DNA from: Candidatus Omnitrophota bacterium
GTDB taxonomy: Bacteria; Omnitrophota; Gorgyraeia; Zapsychrales; JANLHA01
Assembly: GCA_022711395.1 (NCBI GenBank)
Contig: JAKLFA010000003.1
Coordinates: forward strand, 162,509-226,508
Length of the DNA stretch: 64,000 nt
Reading direction: 5' to 3'
Position numbers and translations under genes: made by a program. Below the pieces are notes generated by a model. It was not told where the DNA came from, searched no databases, and saw only the letters and a program-made list of their open reading frames with translations. This document shows positions 1 through 9,269 of this stretch, one piece after another (position 1 is the stretch's first letter; every line of letters starts with the position of its first letter).

Positions 1-55
1 CAAACCCGGACAACCGGGGACACAAGGCCAAAACAACAAGGCCGGAAATAATATT

Positions 56-84
56 TGTGCCTGCCGTTTTCTTTTGTTATAATG
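56..84 (+). promoter_or_regulatory. Putative sigma70 promoter with extended -10 (TGtTATAAT at 76-84) and a weak -35 (TTGTGC, 17-bp spacer). It would drive the MelB-like transporter through a ~130-nt leader.
   Basis: Direct reading of the TGn-TATAAT motif and its spacing. No other strong promoter lies upstream of the 217 start. Confidence 0.3.
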
Positions 85-216
85 CACAGCTCAAAGTCAT
101 CCACAGATGATCTTTTCTTAATATAGAGAAATCAAGGGGTTTGGGCTCTAAGGAAGGTCCGAGCGTTTTTGGTTTCGCAGTGTTCTGGCATTTTAAAATC
201 AAACCGGAGGTAATGA

Positions 217-1743
217 ATGGAACAGGCAGCTGCTCGGCCAACCCACCATGAAACGGCCCGCGAAGACCGTATCTCTCTTTTTCAAAAACTCGCTTACAGC
301 ATGGGCGCCTTCGCCAACACCGCCCAATCGGCATTTACCGGACAGATGGTCATGATCTTGAACCTCGGCCTGGGGATCAACCCGGCCCTGGTCGGTTTTA
401 TAGGATTTCTTCCCCGTATCGTGGACGCGATCTCAGACCCGGTCACGGGATATTTCTCGGACAACCTGCGCACGCCCTGGGGACGACGCAGGCCGCTGAT
501 CCTTTTTGGAGCGATCACCGGCGGCATCCTCTTCGCCCTGATGTTCCAGCTTTATAAAGGGCACACGGAAACGTTTTATTTCGCTTACTTTTTGACATTC
601 CAGGTCCTGTTCTTTTTATGCTTCACATGCTTTTCCATTCCATGGATCGCCCTGGGCTATGAAATGACGCCCGACTATCATGAACGCACGCGCCTGCAGG
701 CGGCCAGCAGTTTTGCCGGACAGCTGCCGTGGTTCATCGCTCCCTGGAGCTGGATGATCATGCACAACCCGAAATGGTTTACCGACGGCGTGCACGGGGT
801 CCGGGTCCTTGCGATCATTATCGGAGGCTGTCTTATTCTGGGAGGGATCCTGCCGGCGATCTTCAATAAGGAATTCTTCACCGAACTGCCCAAGCCCGAT
901 GTCAGCGGAGCGTGGAACGTCACGAGAAAATTCTTTAAAGGCGTCGGGACCTCGTTCCAATGCGGACCGTTCGTCAAGCTCTGCGTTTCCACACTGTTGA
1001 TCTTCGGCGGGTTCATGCTCGCTTCATCCTTTACCGCTTACATCGTGTTCTTTTATGTGTTCCAGAATTCGCCTTCGGTCGATATGGCCTACGCCAACGG
1101 CGGAAAATTGCTGGGCTGGTACGGCTCGTTCAGCGCCCTCTGCAGTCTGGGCGTTATTTCCCTGACCGCCTGGCTTTCCAAACGCCTCGGAAAACGCAAC
1201 ACCTTCTTTATCACCATCCCGATCTCGATCGTGGGTTACGCCTTGAAATGGATCGGATATAATCCGAACTTTCCTTATCTTTTGATGATCACCGCTCCGT
1301 TCGTGACCTTCGGACTGGGGTCGCTTTTTACCCTGATGAACTCAATGGTCGCCGACGTCTGCGACCTGGACGAACTGACCTCCGGAGAACGGCGCGAAGG
1401 AACGTTCAGCGCTGTTTACTGGTGGATGGTCAAGCTCGGGGTCGCGCTGGCCTCGCTGATCGCCGGGTTCCTTTTTAATCTCATCGGGTTCAAAGAATCC
1501 CTTGGCCTGGGACAATCCGTCAACACCCTGTTCTGGATGAGAATCTGCGACATCGGTATTCCGATCGTGACCTCGTTTGTCGCGATCTTTGTCATTCTGT
1601 CCTTTGATATCTCAGAGAACAAGGCCTATGACATCAGAAAACAGGTCGAAGAACGCCGCAAAGAAGACCGCCGCAAGGCCGAACGCCGCAATGAAGAGCG
1701 GCGCGCGGAAGAACGACGTAGGACGGACCGGCGCGAACAATAG
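217..1743 (+). CDS. Glycoside-pentoside-hexuronide (GPH, MelB-like) family sugar:cation symporter of the MFS superfamily. It carries an unusual Arg/Glu-rich C-terminal tail.
   Basis: 508-aa ORF with about 12 predicted hydrophobic helices. The N-terminal conserved stretch (ISDPVTGYFSDNLRTPWGRRRP) is typical of GPH transporters. A terminator hairpin follows. Confidence 0.75.
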   Translation: MEQAAARPTHHETAREDRISLFQKLAYSMGAFANTAQSAFTGQMVMILNLGLGINPALVGFIGFLPRIVDAISDPVTGYFSDNLRTPWGRRRPLILFGAITGGILFALMFQLYKGHTETFYFAYFLTFQVLFFLCFTCFSIPWIALGYEMTPDYHERTRLQAASSFAGQLPWFIAPWSWMIMHNPKWFTDGVHGVRVLAIIIGGCLILGGILPAIFNKEFFTELPKPDVSGAWNVTRKFFKGVGTSFQCGPFVKLCVSTLLIFGGFMLASSFTAYIVFFYVFQNSPSVDMAYANGGKLLGWYGSFSALCSLGVISLTAWLSKRLGKRNTFFITIPISIVGYALKWIGYNPNFPYLLMITAPFVTFGLGSLFTLMNSMVADVCDLDELTSGERREGTFSAVYWWMVKLGVALASLIAGFLFNLIGFKESLGLGQSVNTLFWMRICDIGIPIVTSFVAIFVILSFDISENKAYDIRKQVEERRKEDRRKAERRNEERRAEERRRTDRREQ

Positions 1744-1766
1744 TCCATAGCGCATACAAAACATAA

Positions 1767-1800
1767 GGGGACGCTTTTAAAAAGCGTCCCCTTTTCTTTT
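1767..1800 (+). terminator. Rho-independent terminator (GGGGACGCTTT-loop-AAGCGTCCCC followed by a T-run).
   Basis: Perfect GC-rich inverted repeat immediately followed by TTTTCTTTT, 24 nt after the transporter stop. Confidence 0.7.
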
Positions 1801-1956
1801 GCGGACCTTTTTCCTTTCCTTCAAAGAACGCTCATCCTGATCCCCTATCCTGCCTGTTGAAAACAAATCCATTGAATTTGCTTTTCCCCTGTGTTTAAAT
1901 AGCGTTATCGACACTGTTGGCCCATCAACCTTTTCCACGCGGAGTTTCAGCAAACT

Positions 1957-2898
1957 ATGGCAAAGAACGCCTCTCCTAAGACCATCAATTCCAAACCGGT
2001 CATTATCTTTCCGTACCTGGGATACGAGAACAACAAAAAATGCGAGTGGTATTTCTGGTGGACGGTCGACCGCTGCAAGGAGATCGATCCCAGGCCGATC
2101 GTTGTGCTTCCCCGGGACACGGTCATCCGTCAGGACGCGGCGTCCTTTATCAAGGACGCGCGCTACGCGGACCTGGAAGTGGTGCAGACCTGGTCGGTCG
2201 ACACCTGCCAGACCTGGCTCGCCGGCTGGGGCCACGTGCTCGATCATTACCCGGAAGTCGAACGGATCGTTCAGATCCCCGGGGACATCGATTATGTGGA
2301 TGAGGACGTGGAATTCTATGACAATTTGCGGGCGTTCATCCAGACCACGACTTCGGATATCGTGATCGGCGACTTTCGCACGGGCGATCAATACAGCGCC
2401 AAAAGCCTGGTCGACACCTACGGCACGTATTCGCTTCTGGCCAACTGGTTCCCGGAAGTTTCTCAGAGCATCCGATCGATCCCTCTCAACAGGCCGCGGT
2501 CCGAATTCTTGAACATCAAGACCTCTGTTCTGCGGGAACTGATCATCACCAACCGGTGTTTTGCCTACGAGCAGACGCTGAATTTTTTGATCAAGTGCTG
2601 GGACAATGAAAGAACACAGTGGAAATACAACATTTCAAAAACATTTTTAGGCACGCTCTCCGACAATAAATCCTTCCGGAACTACCGCGCCTGCATCGAC
2701 CAGATCGAGAGGACCGAGCGGATGCTTTCCCTCTTGTGGCGGGAGATCAAACAGCCGAAAAAAAATGACCGCTTAAGCAATAAAGAATTTGAGCAGCAGT
2801 ATACGGTCTTCAGCGACGAATACGATAAGCTTTACACAAAATCCAAAGGCATCATGGAAACGGCCCGCACCACCCTGCGCGCGCTGCTTGGCGTATAA
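1957..2898 (+). CDS. Hypothetical protein (313 aa) with no recognisable family. Trp/Cys-rich N-terminal region and a DxD-like acidic patch (DIDYVDEDVEF).
   Basis: Long ORF with coding-like composition. An RBS-like AG-rich stretch lies upstream. No motif I can assign. Confidence 0.55.
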   Translation: MAKNASPKTINSKPVIIFPYLGYENNKKCEWYFWWTVDRCKEIDPRPIVVLPRDTVIRQDAASFIKDARYADLEVVQTWSVDTCQTWLAGWGHVLDHYPEVERIVQIPGDIDYVDEDVEFYDNLRAFIQTTTSDIVIGDFRTGDQYSAKSLVDTYGTYSLLANWFPEVSQSIRSIPLNRPRSEFLNIKTSVLRELIITNRCFAYEQTLNFLIKCWDNERTQWKYNISKTFLGTLSDNKSFRNYRACIDQIERTERMLSLLWREIKQPKKNDRLSNKEFEQQYTVFSDEYDKLYTKSKGIMETARTTLRALLGV

Positions 2899-2917
2899 AA
2901 AAAGACAGAGGATCGAT

Positions 2918-3370
2918 ATGAAAAAGACCATCGGTAAAAGATCGTTGTGGGTCATGGCCTGCTTGATCTTCGCGGGCGTTATGGCTGCTGAAGCCGCCGT
3001 TCAAACAAAGGAAGAGCTGATCGCGGATTTTATCAAGGCCGTGAATTCCGACAATCCCCAGGAGGTCAAGGCCCTGATCCATCCCCGCTGCCTGGAACTG
3101 ATCAACGATGATACGCAACCGTATTTCGAAAGCCTGATCGCCAACGACCTTCGCCACACCATTCCTGAAGACGCCCGCATCCATTACACACCCTTCACAG
3201 GGCAGGACAGCCTTCTGTTCGCCGCGATGGGGGATTTCCCAGTCCGGCCCACCGAACAGGTCACCATCGAATATAACGAATCCGAGTGGTCTTCGGTGTC
3301 AATGATCCGCTGGATCGTTAAGGATGGCGCAGGCTGGCACTTCGTCATCCTCCGCCCGAAATTGAAATGA
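2918..3370 (+). CDS. Small secreted hypothetical protein (about 150 aa) with an N-terminal signal peptide (MKKTIGKRSLWVMACLIFAGVMAAEAAV).
   Basis: ATG at 2918 preceded by GAGGA. Positively charged n-region, hydrophobic core and AxA-like cleavage site. The ORF-track start at 2789 is likely an upstream in-frame extension. Confidence 0.6.
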   Translation: MKKTIGKRSLWVMACLIFAGVMAAEAAVQTKEELIADFIKAVNSDNPQEVKALIHPRCLELINDDTQPYFESLIANDLRHTIPEDARIHYTPFTGQDSLLFAAMGDFPVRPTEQVTIEYNESEWSSVSMIRWIVKDGAGWHFVILRPKLK

Positions 3371-3416
3371 TAAAATCGATCAGGGGGGCCGTGCTCTGTC
3401 TATCCCGGCCCCGGGG

Positions 3417-4811
3417 TCATGGTTTAATGACCCGGATGGTCAAAAGCCTCTCCAAAAGAGATTTCTTCCATGTCCCTTCACCAAGCGAAAGGTCGCTGAC
3501 CACAACGCGGTTGATGACATGAAAGACTTCCGGCCGGCATTTGTGGCCGCTTTCTCCGCCGGAACACGCTTCCCGATAGCCCCATGGCGCATGGATAGCA
3601 AAGGCGCGTCCGTCAACGGAACCCAGATACAGCATGATGTGGCCCTTCATATACAGCGTGGTGATGCCGGCAACGGCCTCATGCTTTAACGCGTTGACCT
3701 TAAGCTGGGGCCCGGTCTGGTCCGAGAACTGAGCGATCAGCGCGCCGACCTTGGCCTGCGCGCCGGAATTGCGCGGCATCATGATCCCGGCGGTTGAAAA
3801 AATTTCCTGAATAAAACGCGAACAATCCTGTTCTCCATACATCCCGCCCCAGCCGTAAGGGCTGTTGAGCATCTTAAAGGCCTGCTCAATGATCGTCCTT
3901 TGCGTGTATGGCAGAAATCCGATGCTGACCTCATCTTTTTTCAAATATCCGGGCACGTCCCTAAGCTTGCCGTCGTCATTGCGCGTGGGGACCGTGACCT
4001 CAACGCTGTTATCGTGTTCGCTGACCAGAGGCAGAACAACTCCCATGCGGATATGATCGTAATGGTCGGTAAGCTGCGCGTTTAGGAAAATATCCGCCTT
4101 AGGGACAGTCACGACGACGATTCCGTCTCTGGCGGAGTAACGTTTGATATCCTCAAGCCCGGCCAAGGCGACGTCCTGGGTCCGGACCCATCCGCCGCTA
4201 AGCTCTGTCTTTCCGTAGAGCCACTCTCCGTCACGGCTTTGATGCAGGATCACGACCGCGGTCCCAACGTCCAGGGCGCTGTTCTGAAGCTCATCAAAAT
4301 CCACATCCCCTTGCTGCGCATAAAGCGCCTCCATCGTCGGCAAAAGGCGCTGGTCCGCGTAATGGACCGCCAGGCCGTAACGCGGCTCCACCTTCCTGGG
4401 GATGGCCTTCAGATCCATGGCCTCGACAAGCGGATCGAAAAAATCCGCGCCGGCTTTTTTGTCCGATCTCAAAAAAAGCGCCTGTTTGCGGACAGAATCC
4501 AACAGCTCCCCGATCGACGCAGCCACCTCCTTGCCCTTGACCGGCACCTCAAGGCGCGTGATGTCCTCAACGCTCTTTTGCTCCCGGATCTGCGCGTTAA
4601 GGTCATCGATCTTTTGCGCGGTCAGGATCACCGCGTCGGGATCTTCGATCTTCGAGATCCAAAACCCCGCCGTCTTCATCGCGCGTGTCGTGTTGGGCAG
4701 GACGCTTGGCGCGCGCAGCTCGACCCTTTGCGGAACATGGCAGCAGCCGTTTACGGTCACAAAAAAGATCACGGAAAAAAAGACTTTTAGAATGGTTGTG
4801 TGTGTTTTCAT
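3417..4811 (-). CDS. NlpC/P60-family cell-wall endopeptidase lipoprotein with N-terminal SH3b-like region. YkfC-like gamma-D-glutamyl-L-diamino-acid endopeptidase.
   Basis: The C-terminal catalytic region carries the NlpC/P60 Cys motif (GMYGEQDCSRFIQEIF) and His (HIMLYLG). A lipobox-like VNGCC follows the signal peptide. The start at MKTHTT overlaps the upstream gene stop (ATGA). Confidence 0.8.
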   Translation of the reverse strand: MKTHTTILKVFFSVIFFVTVNGCCHVPQRVELRAPSVLPNTTRAMKTAGFWISKIEDPDAVILTAQKIDDLNAQIREQKSVEDITRLEVPVKGKEVAASIGELLDSVRKQALFLRSDKKAGADFFDPLVEAMDLKAIPRKVEPRYGLAVHYADQRLLPTMEALYAQQGDVDFDELQNSALDVGTAVVILHQSRDGEWLYGKTELSGGWVRTQDVALAGLEDIKRYSARDGIVVVTVPKADIFLNAQLTDHYDHIRMGVVLPLVSEHDNSVEVTVPTRNDDGKLRDVPGYLKKDEVSIGFLPYTQRTIIEQAFKMLNSPYGWGGMYGEQDCSRFIQEIFSTAGIMMPRNSGAQAKVGALIAQFSDQTGPQLKVNALKHEAVAGITTLYMKGHIMLYLGSVDGRAFAIHAPWGYREACSGGESGHKCRPEVFHVINRVVVSDLSLGEGTWKKSLLERLLTIRVIKP

Positions 4812-5977
4812 GGCACGATCCAATGGCACAGTTGGCCGGTTAAAATTCCCAGATATGTCCCGATAATATTTCCCAATACCGCCAGCAAGAGCCCCACCGG
4901 CGCCAGGCTTGGCTGATAGACCGCTGCCACCATCGGCGCTGAAGCGACACCTCCGATATTCGCCTGGCTCGCGGTCGCCACCAGATACAAGGGCGCGCGC
5001 AACACCTTCGCGCCTGCCAGCATAAAAACCGCGTGCACCAGCACGATGGAGAATCCGGCGAAGATCAGAATGACCGAACTTTCAAAGTTGACAAGGTTCG
5101 CTTTCGCGCCGATCGATGTGAGCACAAAATACAGGATCCATGTGCCGATCTTCGAAGCGCCATAACGTTCTAAATTCCGCAGCCGCGTGAATGACAGCCC
5201 GATGCCCATACACGAAACAATAATGATCGCCCACGCGTAAGTGGAGATGATCCCTTGGACTTCAGGAAGCCGCTGGGCCATAAAACCGGCGGCCAGACTT
5301 CCCCCCGCGGCGATCGCAAAGATCGCGCCAAGACGCTTTAAGTCCCACCCCTTAAAACTTTGAGGAGCGAAATTTTCGGTCTTGCGATTAAATTCATCTA
5401 AAAGGTCCGTGCGAGCGCGGCTCCAAGGGTCAAAGGTCTTTTGCCATCCCACCATGAGAACCAGAAACGCCATCCACACATACGGCACCACCGTGTCGAC
5501 CACGACCATCGGAAGAAAGACTTCGCCCGGCGTTGAAAGGGCCTCTTTGACCGCGATCATATTGGCGCTTCCCCCCATCCACGACGCTGACAGCGCGCCA
5601 AACCCGGACCAGAATTCCGGGCCTACGATATCTTTTAGAACCGCAAAGACCAGCACCGTGCCCGTCATGATGCCAGCGCTTCCGATCAGGAACATCCCTA
5701 GCGCGATCTTACCCAGATGCAGGATCGCCTTGATGTCAACGCACGTTAAAAGCAGCACCAGGCTCGCCGGCAGAAAATATGTGGTGATCAGCGAATAGAC
5801 GGGATTTTTGGCATCAAGCAGCCCCAGGGTCGAGGCCAGCATGGGTAAAAAATAGATCCAGAAGACCGAAGGAAAGAACGAAAAATATTTTTTATAAACG
5901 TTCGTCTGCGAAGCGGACAAAACCAGCACTTCGATAGCAATAAGCGCAAAAATAATAAAAAACGGATCGCGGATCAT
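4808..5977 (-). CDS. DUF819-family integral membrane protein.
   Basis: 389-aa polytopic membrane ORF with N-terminal features typical of the DUF819/YjcL-like family. Translationally coupled to the flanking genes. Confidence 0.6.
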   Translation of the reverse strand: MIRDPFFIIFALIAIEVLVLSASQTNVYKKYFSFFPSVFWIYFLPMLASTLGLLDAKNPVYSLITTYFLPASLVLLLTCVDIKAILHLGKIALGMFLIGSAGIMTGTVLVFAVLKDIVGPEFWSGFGALSASWMGGSANMIAVKEALSTPGEVFLPMVVVDTVVPYVWMAFLVLMVGWQKTFDPWSRARTDLLDEFNRKTENFAPQSFKGWDLKRLGAIFAIAAGGSLAAGFMAQRLPEVQGIISTYAWAIIIVSCMGIGLSFTRLRNLERYGASKIGTWILYFVLTSIGAKANLVNFESSVILIFAGFSIVLVHAVFMLAGAKVLRAPLYLVATASQANIGGVASAPMVAAVYQPSLAPVGLLLAVLGNIIGTYLGILTGQLCHWIVP

Positions 5978-7224
5978 GTCTCGTTATTCATCCATCCTTT
6001 CCCGTTCAAGATGCGGGCGATCAGCATGCTGACCACATTGTCGCCGGTGGCATTGACCATCGTGGCCGGCGGGTCCACGAGCGTCCCGATCATGGTGATC
6101 AGAGGAAGCGCCTGGATGGGAAAGCCGTAAAGGGTCACGATCATCAGTTCCCCCAGCATCCCGCCGCTGGGAATCCCGCTGATCACAACGCCCGAGAGGA
6201 TCGCCACCCCGATCGCCGACAAAATGGCCTGCGGGCCCGAAAAGCTCACGCCGAAGATCCCGAACAAGAACGCGATCTTCAAAACCGCCGCCAGACATGA
6301 TCCGTCCATGTGGATCGTAGCGCCGATCGGGATCGTCATCTCGCGGATGTCCCTGGGCGTGCCGATCTTTTCAGCCGCCTTTAAATTAACAGGGATCGTC
6401 GCGATACTGCTACCCGTGGCCCACGCTGTTAAGGCCGGCGGAAAGATGTTCGCCCAGAATTTTTTGACCGCTTTTAAGCCCCCCGCCAAATACGCATACA
6501 CTGAAAATCCGATCACGCAATAGCCGATCGCCACCGGATAATAGAGAACAAGCGCCCTGACATACGACCCGAACAGCTGGCTGCCGAAGGTGCCGGTCAG
6601 ATACGCGAAATACGCGCCCAGCCCGACAGGCGCGTAGAGCATCACGAACGACATGGCCTTCTCAATGACCGCCTTCGCCGAAAGAAGGAACTGCACGAAC
6701 GGTTTTCCTTTTTCGCCGGAGGTGGAGGCGGCAACGCCGATCAGGATCGAGAACATGATCAAGGCCAGCATGTTCTTTTTGCTCAATAATTCGTTAAAGT
6801 CCGATACGGTCAGGGCCTTGACGATCTGCTGCGCGACACTGATCTGCTGCGGCTGATACTCAGGCAAGGCCTGAAGCTGCAGCCCCTCCTGCACCACAGG
6901 AAACACTTTGACCGCCGCGATCATCAATAAGGACGACACAAGCCCCGTTGCCACAAAGATCAAAAGCATGAGCCCCAGGATCTTTCCCAGCCGCTTGACA
7001 TCCGGCATGGCCGCGACCGCCGATGAGATCGAAAAGAACACCATCGGGACCGCGATCACAAACAGCATGTTCAGGAAAACATCACCAAGGGGTTTCAAGA
7101 GGACCGCCCGCTCTTGTAAGGCCATTCCGATCAGGGAACCCGCCGCGATCGAAGCGATCAGGATGAGCGAGAACCCGTAATTTTTTAAAAACGCCGCCTT
7201 CGGTTTATTCATTTTTTCCTCCAC
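5974..7224 (-). CDS. Dicarboxylate/amino-acid:cation symporter (DAACS family; GltP/SstT-like).
   Basis: 416-aa membrane protein with the conserved DAACS N-terminal helices and reentrant-loop-like serine-rich segments. First gene of a three-gene minus-strand operon with the DUF819 and NlpC/P60 genes. Confidence 0.8.
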   Translation of the reverse strand: MEEKMNKPKAAFLKNYGFSLILIASIAAGSLIGMALQERAVLLKPLGDVFLNMLFVIAVPMVFFSISSAVAAMPDVKRLGKILGLMLLIFVATGLVSSLLMIAAVKVFPVVQEGLQLQALPEYQPQQISVAQQIVKALTVSDFNELLSKKNMLALIMFSILIGVAASTSGEKGKPFVQFLLSAKAVIEKAMSFVMLYAPVGLGAYFAYLTGTFGSQLFGSYVRALVLYYPVAIGYCVIGFSVYAYLAGGLKAVKKFWANIFPPALTAWATGSSIATIPVNLKAAEKIGTPRDIREMTIPIGATIHMDGSCLAAVLKIAFLFGIFGVSFSGPQAILSAIGVAILSGVVISGIPSGGMLGELMIVTLYGFPIQALPLITMIGTLVDPPATMVNATGDNVVSMLIARILNGKGWMNNET

Positions 7225-7292
7225 GCTTACCTGTCACCTTATGATTGCTTCGCAACTTGCAATGAGAACGGAAATCTTAAAATCCGTTATCT

Positions 7293-7330
7293 GTTTTCCG
7301 TTCTCCGCTTTCTGTTCTCCGTGTTCTCCG
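7293..7330 (-). repeat. Four tandem copies of the octamer GTTCTCCG (one variant GTTTTCCG). They sit directly after the M15 peptidase stop and upstream of the DAACS symporter.
   Basis: Direct reading: GTTTTCCG 7293-7300; GTTCTCCG 7300-7307, 7314-7321, 7323-7330. Confidence 0.5.
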
Positions 7331-8122
7331 TTAAGGCGCGTCAAACCGCCAGTGCCACGGCTCATAGGTGATGCCGGCCTGTCCCGTCTTGGGATACGAC
7401 AGCACAAACCCGAACTCGCCGGCACGTTTTAAAAGCCACTGATATTCCGGCAGGTCCTCGAATTCTTTCGTATTATACTCGCCGTTGATGCCGAAGACAT
7501 TGATAAAATCGACCGCCTGATGTCTGGGGGCGCCGTGCTCGCTGTAACCGGGAAGAGCGACGAACCTGACCGTCTCCCGGATGGAATAGTCATGATTCTT
7601 GAGATAATACACAAACAGATACAGCTGATAGGCGCTGGAGCGGTATCCGGACTCGATCAACAGGCGTTTGCCGATGTCTTGTTCCATCGCCTCCATCATT
7701 TTCAAATATTGGTCATAGACAGGTTGGGGCAGATACTGAACCCCGATCTCGCGCGAGGCGCCGTTCTCGATATGAACGTAATGCATGCGCTGCCCGGCGA
7801 TCTTGACCAGTTTTTCCTCGCCGGTCGCCATGCCGCGGAACGGGATCTTGACGTTAAGCTCTTTGGCATCGAGATTTTGGAATTCCTTGAGAAAGCGGGC
7901 CTCTTCTTCGTTAAGCGGGGCATACAATTCGTCAAAGGTCAGTGTCGCCAGCGTCTCTTCCTTTTCTCTGGCTTTGGTCAGGGGCTCCAATTTCTCCAGC
8001 AGCGTCTTGACCATCGCGATGTCCTTAGGCGGAAGTCCATCGAGTTTAAGCTCTGCCAGGGCCGGCGAGCTCAAAAGAAAAACCAAACAGCACGCCGTTT
8101 CAAATAGAAAAAGTTTTTTCAT
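7331..8122 (-). CDS. Secreted peptidase M15B (VanY/LdcB-like D-Ala-D-Ala / LD-carboxypeptidase family).
   Basis: Signal peptide (MKKLFLFETACCLVFLLSSPALA). The SGYRS and LPGYSEHGAPRHQAVDF motifs match the zinc-binding SxHxxGxAxD signature of VanY-type peptidases. Confidence 0.7.
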   Translation of the reverse strand: MKKLFLFETACCLVFLLSSPALAELKLDGLPPKDIAMVKTLLEKLEPLTKAREKEETLATLTFDELYAPLNEEEARFLKEFQNLDAKELNVKIPFRGMATGEEKLVKIAGQRMHYVHIENGASREIGVQYLPQPVYDQYLKMMEAMEQDIGKRLLIESGYRSSAYQLYLFVYYLKNHDYSIRETVRFVALPGYSEHGAPRHQAVDFINVFGINGEYNTKEFEDLPEYQWLLKRAGEFGFVLSYPKTGQAGITYEPWHWRFDAP

Positions 8123-8132
8123 TGTTTTTTCC

Positions 8133-9212
8133 TTATGTCTTGAGATCCGGGATCACCCCGATCCCCCGTTTGATCTTTTTTAATTCATAAACGCCGTTGG
8201 GTTTAAGATGCGCCTGTTTCAAAATATCGCCTTTGATAAAAAATGGCGTATCGAGATCAATGTAATTGAACGCCCCGCTCCCGCCGGCAAAATGCGCTGC
8301 TGCCGCCGCCGACAGCGGGCTTTCCATCATGGAGCCCAGCATCAGTTCGATGTTGTTCTTGACGGCGAGCCGCACGATCTTTTGCGCTTCCAGGATGCCG
8401 GTCTTCATGAATTTGATGTTGATCGCATCCACGGCCTTTGTGCGGATGGCCTTTGAAGCGTCCTCTAAACTGGCGGCACTTTCATCCGCGCAAACCTTCA
8501 CTCTGGATTCGCGCGTGATCTTTGCTAAACCGTCCCAATCCGCTTTCGGAACAGGCTGCTCGATCAGGACTGGATGGATACGAAGTTTTTCAAGGTCGTT
8601 CAAAAAAAACAGCGCTTCATGCGCGCTCAAGGCCTGATTGGCATCCAGGATGATCTTGGCTTTCGGGGCGATCTCACAGACCGCGGCGACCCGCTTGATA
8701 TCCAAGTCCAGGTCCCGCCCGATCTTGATCTTAAAAACGCGAAAACCCTGCGCGTAAAATGCCCGCGCGGATTTTTTGGTCTGCGCCAGGCCCGAGATAA
8801 CGATGGTGATGTCCGTGACGACCCGGCTCAAGGCCTGGCCGAAATATTTCCACAACGGCAGGCCGCGGCTCTGGGTATATGCATCCAGCAGGGCCATCTC
8901 AACGGCGGCAAGAGCGGATCTGTTTTTGCTGAATTTTTTTGAGGCGGCCTCTGATAACGGCCGATACCCGGCGATCTCTTTGCCGATCATTTGAGAGGCG
9001 AATTTTTGAAGGTTGGCTTTGGTCTGCGCAACTGTTTCACCCGTGATGTGCGTGGCCACCGCCGCCTCGCCAAAACCCGTGATCCCGCCTTCGCAGTCAA
9101 TGCGGAGCAGAACATTCTCGAGAGAATCGTGTTTCCCGGATGCGATACGGAACGGATAGATCAAAGGAGCGTTCAGATCACAGACCGTGACATTTGAAAT
9201 ACGCTTCGGCAT
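8133..9212 (-). CDS. L-Ala-D/L-Glu dipeptide epimerase (enolase superfamily, MLE subgroup; YkfB/YcjG-like).
   Basis: KxK motif (FKIKIG), metal-ligand acidic residues (DANQA, EQP, CADE) and overall length of 359 aa. Adjacent to the murein peptidases. Confidence 0.75.
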   Translation of the reverse strand: MPKRISNVTVCDLNAPLIYPFRIASGKHDSLENVLLRIDCEGGITGFGEAAVATHITGETVAQTKANLQKFASQMIGKEIAGYRPLSEAASKKFSKNRSALAAVEMALLDAYTQSRGLPLWKYFGQALSRVVTDITIVISGLAQTKKSARAFYAQGFRVFKIKIGRDLDLDIKRVAAVCEIAPKAKIILDANQALSAHEALFFLNDLEKLRIHPVLIEQPVPKADWDGLAKITRESRVKVCADESAASLEDASKAIRTKAVDAINIKFMKTGILEAQKIVRLAVKNNIELMLGSMMESPLSAAAAAHFAGGSGAFNYIDLDTPFFIKGDILKQAHLKPNGVYELKKIKRGIGVIPDLKT

Positions 9213-9269
9213 GGAATTATTATAAAGGGTGGAGCGTGGAGCGTAAAGCGTAAAGGGGAAACCTTTATG

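Noticed and set aside
2040-2365. Arg-rich 87-aa ORFs (2040-2303+, 2102-2365+) overlapping the 1957-2898 hypothetical gene.
   Set aside because: They are alternative frames of the same region with extreme Arg/Pro bias, so they are treated as non-coding artefacts.
7293-7330. Tandem GTTCTCCG repeats considered as a CRISPR array.
   Set aside because: The units are only 8 bp and contiguous, with no spacers, and no cas genes are in the window.
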